Shown here: positions 54,906-64,000 of the stretch, piece after piece | Position numbering within the stretch: position 1 is the first letter of the stretch | Layout of the letters: each line of letters starts with the position of its first letter | Source of the DNA: the human T2T-CHM13v2.0 reference genome, Homo sapiens | Length of the DNA stretch: 64,000 bases | Assembly (NCBI RefSeq): GCF_009914755.1 | Contig: NC_060946.1 | Strand: one strand, 5' to 3' | Made by a program: the position numbers and the translations under genes | The notes under the pieces: model-generated | Databases searched by the model: none | Seen by the model: the letters and a program-made list of their open reading frames with translations, nothing else | What the model was told of the DNA's origin: nothing

Positions 54906-55455
54906 TGTTACTGGAAAGGGGTCCTGATTCAGATCCCAAGAGAGGGTTCTTGGATCTCATGCAAGAAATAATTTGGGAGGAGTCTATAAAGTGGAAACAA
55001 GTTTATTAAGACAGTAAATGAATAAAGGAATGGCTACTCCATAGACAGGGCAGCACCAAACACTGCTGGTCGGCTATTTGTATAGATAGTCCTTGATCAT
55101 ATGCTAAATAAGGAGTGGATTATTTATTAGCTTTTCAGGAATTCTTTTTAAAAATATAGACCACATAAGGTAACTTGTGGATGTTGCCATAGCATTTCTA
55201 ACTGTGAGGACAACCAGAGGTCACTTTCCTCACCGTCTTGGTTTCAGTAGGTTTTGGCCGGCTTCTTTAGCGTATCCTGTCTTATCAGCAGGGTCTTTAT
55301 GACCTGTATCTTGTGATCCCAGTCTGGTTGACTTCCTAGCTCATCCTGTGACTAAGAATGCCTAACCTCCTGGAAATGCAGGCCAGCATGCCTAAGCCTC
55401 ATTTAATCAAGCCCCTATTCAACATGGAGTCACTCTGGTTCTAACACCTCTGACT
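54906..55455 (-). mobile_element. MER41-family solo LTR
   Basis: The reverse complement starts GTCAGAGGTGTTAGAACCAGAGTGACTCCATGTTGAATAGGGG and ends GGACCCCTTTCCAGTAACA, as in the recalled MER41 consensus. Confidence 0.75.
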
Positions 55456-55899
55456 TAGGGTGGCTGCAGAGCTGGAGGTGCAGATTGGGGCAGATCAGCC
55501 TCCTGAGAAAAGCACACAGAGCCACTGCGGGGCTGTGAGGTGGGAGAGATGAACTCACATTGGCATTTGATCAGTGACTCTCCAGCTGTAATGAGAATAG
55601 AATGGAGAGGCCTGGGACAGGAAGACAGGATGTGGTTGCTCATGCCATCCTGGTGGGAAGATCTAGGTGAGTTACTGTGGGGTAAAGAGGAGAGAGCAGA
55701 TTCCTTGTCACTTTATGCTGTAGAATACATTGGACATGGAGAGGGCTTGGAGCTTGTGTGTGAGAAAAGCAGATCTATCTCGGCTGACTCCCAACAAACT
55801 GGCTGAGAATTTAGATGGAGGATTATTATTAAATAAAAGAGGAAGACTGAAATGAATATTGTCATCGTATTTTTTTACCCAGGGTTGGGATAGGTGGAA

Positions 55900-55900
<1 letters not shown>

Positions 55901-55932
<32 letters not shown>
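55901..55932. repeat. (TG)16 microsatellite
   Basis: Seen directly in the sequence. Confidence 0.95.
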
Positions 55933-55935
<3 letters not shown>

Positions 55936-56260
55936 AAATATTCACTAATTTTTCAATTCAAAAATATTTACTGCGTGACTACTAAGTAATAATATTATAC
56001 AGGTTTTAGCGTTACCATGGAGAATCAAATTGTCAAGGTCACAGGCATCTTTTTGTTTTGTGTGGATCACTGTGAAAGATACTATGCTAAATTTTTTCTG
56101 AATCATGCAGATGAAAGCATTAAACACATACACAAACATTTACGTTTGTGTGTGTGTTGTGTGTGTGTGTGTGTGTATGTGTAATCTATCTCAGCATACA
56201 ATGCCACTGAAACTACACTTGCGGATTAGGTCCTCGGAAAAATAATCGTGTTAACATTCA

Positions 56261-56452
<192 letters not shown>

Positions 56453-57519
56453 TCAGGTGTGGTGATGGGTGCCTGTAATGCCAGCTACTCGGGAGGCTTA
56501 GGCAGGAGAATCGCTTGAACCTGGGAGGCGGAGGTTCAACAAGAGCAAAGCCCATTCTCAAAAACAAAAAATTTGAATGGTTAAATCACATTGGACTGTG
56601 AGTAAAGGGCTTAGACAAGGTGTCTCGGAACTTTTGGGTCATCTTCTTGATCTTTCCATAAAACTCTAACCCTTCTATTCTTAACCTCCCCCATTCCCAA
56701 TTTCACCCTGATGTGCACATCCTACCTGGTGCCTAGTCATCCCGGTGGCCCCTCTCTGGGCTGTATCTAGGGAGAGTGGTGACCTTGGTCATCTTCCTCA
56801 GGTCCAAGTATCCATAAGAGAAGCAGACTTTTCTCTCTTTCATAATGATGGTCTCTTCTTGAATAATTTCCCTGTGCATTTTCATTAAGGGTCTCACCCC
56901 ATCAAGGGTGTGATGAGGACAGTGATGAGGGTCACGGAGCCCGGCCTCCCACGGGGGGATGTGGGGTATGATGAGAGAGAGAAGCAGGTGCCCTCAGGCC
57001 CATATGGAGGCTGGGGAGGGTTGTTAACCCTCCTGCCCTCCTGGCCACTGGGTGCAGGACATGTTCTCTCTGAGGCTCACTCACCTATGGCCCCAACCAC
57101 ACAAAAATCTAAATGGGGAAGAAGCAGAGGATGACTTCATGCTGAGGAGGCCCATCTTGCAGCGAGAAATGTGCTGTGGTGAGCACCTGCAGCACAAAGA
57201 GCCTGGGGTGGGGGTGGAGGGGCGTGAGCGCTGCCTCTGTGTGGGGATGGTGTGCGCAAGGCAGTGCTGAGGACCTTCAAGCCAGTCAGGAATGAACCTG
57301 GGCTCTGAGACAGTGGAGGGAAGTGTGGCCTGTCCCTGAGGGTCTGTGGGGGTTTCAACTGGGAAACCAGGCCCTGGACCCCTACCCTGGGCCCTCTGCT
57401 CTGTGCTTTCTGGGGCCCAGCAGCTGGGACCTCCCAGGAGCAGAAGAGGCTCCTCTAGCCCCACCCCACACTCAACTTTCCCCAAGTTCAGGCCCAGGGA
57501 TAGCAGGGGGAGGGGTGTG

Positions 57520-57527
57520 ATTTGCAT
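57520..57527 (+). promoter_or_regulatory. Ig light-chain promoter octamer ATTTGCAT of IGLV(I)-70
   Basis: Exact octamer 109 nt upstream of the leader ATG. GATAAG TATA-like element at 57560-57565. Confidence 0.9.
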
Positions 57528-57628
57528 GAAGGGTGCTCTGTGCCCTCTTAGGAGGAGAGGATAAGAGAGACTCTGTGCAGTTCTGCTCAGCTGTGGGCTT
57601 AGGAAGCAGAGCCTGGGGCATCTCCACC

Positions 57629-58106
57629 ATGGCCTGGACCCCTCTCCTCCTCCAGCTTCTCACCCTCTGCTCAGGTGACTGCCTGTGGAATGCCAAAGTG
57701 ATTATTGGGGACACATGGGATGACTTTTCTCTTATATTTTAACATTGTGGGGTGGGTAGTGAACCCAGACTCACCTCTCTGTGCCTGCCTCCTCTGTTCC
57801 AGGGTCCTGGGCACAGTCTGCGCTGACCCAGGAAGCCTCGGTGTCAGGGACCGTGGGACAGAAGGTCACCCTCTCCTGTACTGGAAACAGCAACAACGTT
57901 GGAAGTTATGCTGTGGGCTGGTACCAACAGATTTCTCACGGTGCTCCCAAAACTGTGATGTTTGGAAATTCTCTGCCCTCAGGGATCCCTGACCGCTTCT
58001 CTGGCTCAAAGTCTGGGACCACAGCCTCCCTGACTATCTCGGGCCTCTAGCCTGAGGACGAGGCTGATTATTACTGTTCAACATGGGACTACAGCCTCAG
58101 TGCTCA
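57629..58106 (+). pseudogene. IGLVI-70: Immunoglobulin lambda variable (I)-70 pseudogene; leader 57629-57674, V exon 57803-58106, in-frame TAG at 58048-58050
   Basis: Leader MAWTPLLLQLLTLCS, GT-AG intron, then [22 protein letters not shown]...WYQQ...[21 protein letters not shown]. It lies about 4.9 kb upstream of IGLV4-69. Confidence 0.9.
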
Positions 58107-58145
58107 CACAGTGCTGCAGGCACATGGGGAACCGAGACAAAAACC
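58107..58145 (+). other. 23-RSS of IGLV(I)-70
   Basis: CACAGTG (58107-58113) + 23 nt + ACAAAAACC (58137-58145), a perfect consensus. Confidence 0.97.
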
Positions 58146-59055
58146 TGCCCTTGGCCTGTCCCGAGGCTGATCACTCCATACTTGCCTATGACAAACAAAG
58201 AGGGTGCCTGTGGCTGATCGTACAGTTTAAGCAAGGGAGGAAGTGAGACTCAGCCACAGGCCCCTGCAAAGGGTCAGCGGGCCTTGTTCCCACATTGTCT
58301 CTATTTGAAAAAGTGAGATAAATTTCACTTCGTATAAAATGTACAATTAAATTGTCTTATTGTGTTTACAGAATTATGCATCTATCACCATAATCTAATT
58401 TTAAAACGTTTTCATCACCCCACAAAAAAACCCCCACAATTAGCAGCCACCCTTCACCCTTTCTCCCCAGCCACTGGTCATTGCTAAAGACTTTCTGTAA
58501 AGAACATGCATTTAAAGACCTAAGAAACTCAGTGATGCCAAACAGCTAGGTTTTTCAAATGCCCAAGCATGTAATAATAGATTACTGAAACCAAAGATAA
58601 AGACACAATTATGAAAGCAGACAGAAAGCTTTATAATATATACAGAAAATCAACAATTCAAACAATGAGAGGTATTTTATGAGTATACATTGAGGCCAAA
58701 TGGCAGTGTTATGTTCTTACAAAGTCAAAAGAAAGAAAGAAAGAACTGTTGAGTCATAATGCTATATCCAGGTAAAGATTTTTTTTTTTTAAAAAAGGTA
58801 AAAAATAAGACTTTGTCAGATGAAGAAAACCTGAAAGAATTCATCTAAAAAAAATCAAAACAAATCAACTCTAAGAGAAAATTTTCAGGTGGAAGATAAA
58901 TGATAATGGAAACATTGAACCCAAAGAATGCAGGAAGAATAACCAATAAATATAGTAGTAAAAGACCAAATTTTTAGCTCTACAGTTCTGGAAAATATGC
59001 ATATCAAAAGCTAAGTTATAGCATTTTTGATATAATTTCTACTTATGAAAAATAT

Positions 59056-59081
59056 TATATATACATATATACACATATATA

Positions 59082-59145
<64 letters not shown>

Positions 59146-59147
59146 CA
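59056..59147. repeat. (TA)/(CA) compound microsatellite within an old, AT-rich L1-like stretch (~58.5-59.6 kb)
   Basis: The microsatellite is seen directly. The L1 assignment of the flanks is tentative. Confidence 0.85.
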
Positions 59148-59892
59148 TGAAACTTCAACCAAAAGAAGGAACTGTAAGGGGTCTACATGACTGGGAAAAT
59201 ATTAGGCCTATTATTAAATCTAAATAGATCATGAATAGTTACATGTACATGTTGTAATCTTTACAGCAACCAATGTAAAACTGTGCAGAGATACCAATAT
59301 AAAATCAATATAAAAATCAAAAGAGCCCACTAAATAATACTCAAATAATCCAGAAGTAGCAGAAACAGGGTGGAGAGGAACAAAAGTTATAAAGAGAAAA
59401 AGGAAACTTACACTAAAATTGTAAGCTTAAATCCAACCATGTGAATAATTTCATTAAATGTAAATGAACTAAGCACATATATTAAACACAGAGTTTGTCA
59501 CACTGAGAAAAATAAAAAACAAGAGACAAGCATGCGATTCTATAATAAACTCTAAATAGAAGTATATACACAAAAGTAAAATGATAACACAAATAAACAC
59601 CTAGTTAAAATGGCATAAAGCATTACTTCAATGTTAATTGCATCATTCTGATTTTCTAAATTGCATATTGTGTTGTAAGATGCCACTTTTGAGGAAAACT
59701 GGTTGAAGTGTAACTAAACCTTTATTACATATTTTTTCACCTTAATGTGTATCTATAATTATGTTTACAGAAAACATTAAATGAAAGTAAAAGGATGGAA
59801 AAGTTTTATCATGTAATCCTGAATTAATAACACAAACATATAGTGTGGATATTTCTTTGCGTTTCTTTTTTGTTGTTGTCGTTGTTTTTTGA

Positions 59893-59994
<102 letters not shown>

Positions 59995-60109
59995 TGAGTA
60001 GCCGGGATACAGGCGCCCGCCACCACACCCAGCTAATTTTTGTATTTTTAGTAGAGATGGGGTTTTGCCATGTGGGCGAGGTTGGTCTCGAACTTCTGAC
60101 CTCAGGTGA

Positions 60110-60412
<303 letters not shown>

Positions 60413-62448
60413 TGATCCTCCTGCTTTGGCCTCCCAAATTGCTGGAATTACAGGCATAAGCCACCACACCTGGCCCAGTATGGATAATTCATGGGTAAAA
60501 AATGTAATACTTGAAAAACAAATTAGATGTTTTCTTATTATTTCCACATAGCAGAGTACTAACTGTAGGACATTGGGATGTACTTTTGAATAAGAAATGA
60601 AGGTTTAAAAAAAGATAAAATAAAACAAAATAAGTGCCTAAAACTGACTGGTGAGGGGTTTACCCAATGCATGAGCAGTAGAAAGAATTTAATTTTTTGC
60701 ATCCAGGATACTAAAAAGTGGAAAGATAGATTTCTTTTTTTTCCTGTTTTACTTCTTTTGGGTTGCTCTATTTGATCTAATTAAAAAGCCTATTACTCCT
60801 ATGCTATGCTGATGGAAGAGAAGTCTTCTCTAACTTAGTCCCAGTGAGATTGCCTCCTCTGGGCCAACAATGCTCATCTAGAACTTGGAATTTCGATAAA
60901 TCCATTCTGAGGTGATGAGCAGCAGCAGCACCAGAAAAGTTGATCCAGGCCATCTAGGACCCTCCAGGGAAGGGCTCAGGCCTGTCAAAGAGGCCTGATA
61001 GAAACTGGGGCCTGCAGTCAGTCAGGGACATTGAAGCTCTCCTGACACGGTCCCACCAGCTGGGAAAACACTCGGGGTCTCCCTCGGGTTTGATCAGATG
61101 GCAAGTTCCCCATTCCCTGATTGGCCCAAAGCTTTGACCTGTTGGACCCGGGGCCTATCAAAGGCCAGGTGTCCTCTCCCCATTGGAAACCTCCCTAGGC
61201 TCAACTCTTCTCTTCTCATTCTCCTGCTGGCCTGGGAGCATCCAGGCCAAGGGGTGAGGTGGGGACAGCCCTACATTAAGTTTTTATTTCAAGGTAGAAA
61301 ATCTGTCCCCTTGATTGTTTGGGAAACTATAAAAAGACTAGGGCAGCTCAGGGTCTAAAATACAGCTTCAGGGAGTACAGAGTTAGAGTGCAGAAACTTC
61401 AATTCCATTTACTCTCTAGCAATTTACCTAATATCAAAACATACAGTTATGTTATGTTTACAAATATGCACGCACCTCTATTAATATGTGTTCATAAGTA
61501 CATACACATGCACCATTACGTTTACACATACATGCATGTAACACCAACTGATGTAAAAATCATTGTTTTATGTACTCAGTTTTCCTTTGAGTTTACCCTC
61601 TTTTCTCTACTTTTTAAAATATTTATTTCTAATTTGGGGAGCTACTAACTGAGATTATTTTTCATCTCACTGAAAAACAGTTTTAGAATTTCCTGTAGAG
61701 CAGTTCTGCTGGTGGCAAATTCCATCGGGTTTTGTCTGAAAAGTAGCCATTTTCTCCTATTTTTTCTGTTTATTATATAGAAAGATAACTTATATAAAGT
61801 AAAATTCACAGGTCTTAATTATACAGTTTGATGGTTTTTACAAATGCAGATGCTCATGTAGCCAACAGTCCGATCCATTCTCACAACATCTCCATTACTG
61901 CAGAATGGAGACATTCTGTTCCAGTCAATGTAAATTATCCCATTACACCTACCAAATAGAACGTGTATGAGAGACACCTTTCTCCTGAGGACTTTTGCAA
62001 AGTGGGGTGGATCATGTGTCCCGCTCCCACTGAAAAGGGCTAAATGGAAAACTAAAGTCTGAAATAAAATAGGAGGCTGCCCTGACGAGGGGTCCCACTT
62101 TGCCCTTGGACAGAGAACAGGCCGTGGTCAAGGCCCTGGTCCGGGCAGAAGCCTCTGTCAGGACCCACTGGCATCTGGTCACAGACACGATGGACCTGGG
62201 CCTAGGCAGAAGGGGGTGCTGTTGGTCTGCTGCTGAGGGCTCTGTGGGTTTCTCAGCTGGGAAACCAAACACTTGAACTTGGTCTCCACGCAGGGTTCAC
62301 TGGGGCCAGCAGCTGGGCTCTCTCTGCACCCTTGGAGAGCCTCAGGCCAGGCCCAGCCCAGGTAACCCCTCCCAGAAATGTCACCCCACCACTGGGACTG
62401 ACACTCAGGCACACGGAGTGATTTGGTTGGGCAGAGGAAGAGGAGCAC

Positions 62449-62456
62449 ATTTGCAT
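62449..62456 (+). promoter_or_regulatory. Ig light-chain promoter octamer ATTTGCAT of IGLV4-69
   Basis: Exact octamer 98 nt upstream of the ATG. Confidence 0.9.
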
Positions 62457-62546
62457 GAAGGGCCCCTCTCTCTCCTCTGGGACTACAGGGTGGGTAAGAA
62501 ATACCTGCAACTGTCAGCCTCAGCAGAGCTCTGGGGAGTCTGCACC

Positions 62547-62595
62547 ATGGCTTGGACCCCACTCCTCTTCCTCACCCTCCTCCTCCACTGCACAG
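62547..62595 (+). CDS. IGLV4-69: IGLV4-69 leader exon (MAWTPLLFLTLLLHCT)
   Basis: GCACCATGG Kozak context, hydrophobic signal peptide, donor G|GTCAGG. Confidence 0.95.
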
Positions 62596-62715
62596 GTCAG
62601 GATGGCCCTCAGCACCCTGACCTCCAGCTCACTGATACCACCTCCCAAACTTATGCCAGGAATGTCCTTCCCTCTTTTCTTGACTCCAGCCGGTAATGGG
62701 TGTCTGTGTTTTCAG

Positions 62716-63025
62716 GGTCTCTCTCCCAGCTTGTGCTGACTCAATCGCCCTCTGCCTCTGCCTCCCTGGGAGCCTCGGTCAAGCTCACCTGCACTCTGAG
62801 CAGTGGGCACAGCAGCTACGCCATCGCATGGCATCAGCAGCAGCCAGAGAAGGGCCCTCGGTACTTGATGAAGCTTAACAGTGATGGCAGCCACAGCAAG
62901 GGGGACGGGATCCCTGATCGCTTCTCAGGCTCCAGCTCTGGGGCTGAGCGCTACCTCACCATCTCCAGCCTCCAGTCTGAGGATGAGGCTGACTATTACT
63001 GTCAGACCTGGGGCACTGGCATTCA
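62716..63025 (+). CDS. IGLV4-69: IGLV4-69 V exon, germline and unrearranged ([99 protein letters not shown])
   Basis: ORF 62700..63092. Acceptor TTTTCAG|. Both Cys residues and the Trp are intact. The long CDR2 is typical of IGLV4, and the sequence matches my recollection of IGLV4-69. Confidence 0.96.
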
Positions 63026-63064
63026 CACAGTGACACAGGCAGATGAGGAAGTGGGACAGAAACC
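63026..63064 (+). other. 23-RSS of IGLV4-69
   Basis: CACAGTG (63026-63032) + 23 nt + ACAGAAACC (63056-63064). Confidence 0.97.
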
Positions 63065-64000
63065 TCAGCCTGCTCAGGGTCTTGTTATATGACAAGTTTT
63101 AAATTTTCAAATATGTTTTATATGTACACACTCCACTTGGAAGCACCGTCTGGTTTAAAATGTTTCTACTCTCAATTTCTCATTCAAGTTTTCTGAAGTC
63201 TCAGGAAAACTAAAAACAGAAACAAAAATATCATGATGACTATGAAATATTACCTAATTTTCCAAATATGCTGAATTCAGTGCCTGTGGAGCTAACCATT
63301 TTCTCTTGACAGAAGAAAAATGAGCCTTAGAAATTGTTTCCAAATCCTGAAAGAGTCATCATTCCATGTACTCAGGACAGATTTAGAGAGTGCTGACCCT
63401 GCCCTTTGAAAGATGTTATTTGCCTCTTAGTGCCCAAATAAGGAAGGATAATTAGGAATCAGAAGCCTACCTAGGGCTCCCCTCTCTCCTCTCAAAATTG
63501 CACTTGGTGTCATATTGCCCTAGAATTTATGCCTGGTGCTGGCAAATATTTTTAAATTTATTTTTTAATCTTTTCCTTTTCTGCAATCAAATTTCTTGAG
63601 GGGCTGAGAAGAAGAAATAGGCCCAGAGAGAAGCAAGGCAGTCTGGGTGCAGGCTCTAGACAGCCCAGGGAGAAGAAAGAGGGAGCAGCTCCCTGTGTCC
63701 TGGAGGGAGCCCTGTCCCCATTGGGCTTCCTGCTCTGATGTCCCCTAGTGGAGGCTCCTCAGGGAGTCCAGCCTCCCAGAACTGCCCTATAAACCTCACA
63801 GTGAGCTAAGCAAGTATATCCAGGAAGGAGGGTCTGTGGAGATGTGAGACTAAGGTGTGTTATGGCCTAAACACTGCCCATCTCCATCCTTCTTGGGGAT
63901 GACAAAGTGAACAGTGGAGGAGACAGGATACATGGGTGCATCTGGACCTCAAGCAGTAGGCTGTTCTGTGGTCTGTCCCTAAATCTTGTGCTGGAGACCC

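Noticed and set aside
55100-55170. MER41 LTR as an interferon-gamma/STAT1 enhancer near IGLV genes
   Set aside because: The segment that carries tandem TTCNNNGAA sites in STAT1-bound MER41 copies shows only an imperfect TTTCAGGAA here. No canonical GAS pair is visible.

Overview
This is human (primate) genomic DNA, recognisable as the 22q11.2 junction between TOP3B and the distal (5') end of the immunoglobulin lambda (IGL) variable cluster. Reading left to right: (1) the 5' part of TOP3B on the minus strand, with a CpG-island promoter near 14.1-14.5 kb, non-coding exon 1 and coding exons 2-7 (codons 1-246); (2) a three-exon PRAME-family locus (PRAMENP) on the minus strand at 22.7-27.0 kb, which reconstructs as a full-length 489-codon frame with intact splice sites and a polyA signal, broken only by two in-frame TGA codons; (3) about 23 kb of Alu, L1, LTR and DNA-transposon debris; (4) V-lambda elements on the plus strand. 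The last group comprises two degenerate relics at 50.9-51.2 kb and 54.3-54.5 kb that the ORF track does not show as V genes, the single-stop pseudogene IGLV(I)-70, and the intact IGLV4-69 gene. The latter two each have an octamer promoter and a 23-RSS. Most ORFs in the supplied track are Alu-derived or spurious. I found no convincing new multi-gene system. The best leads are the near-intact PRAME paralogue and the two V-lambda relics upstream of the gene I recall as the most distal annotated IGLV. Repeat family names come from recalled consensus sequences and repeat boundaries are approximate.
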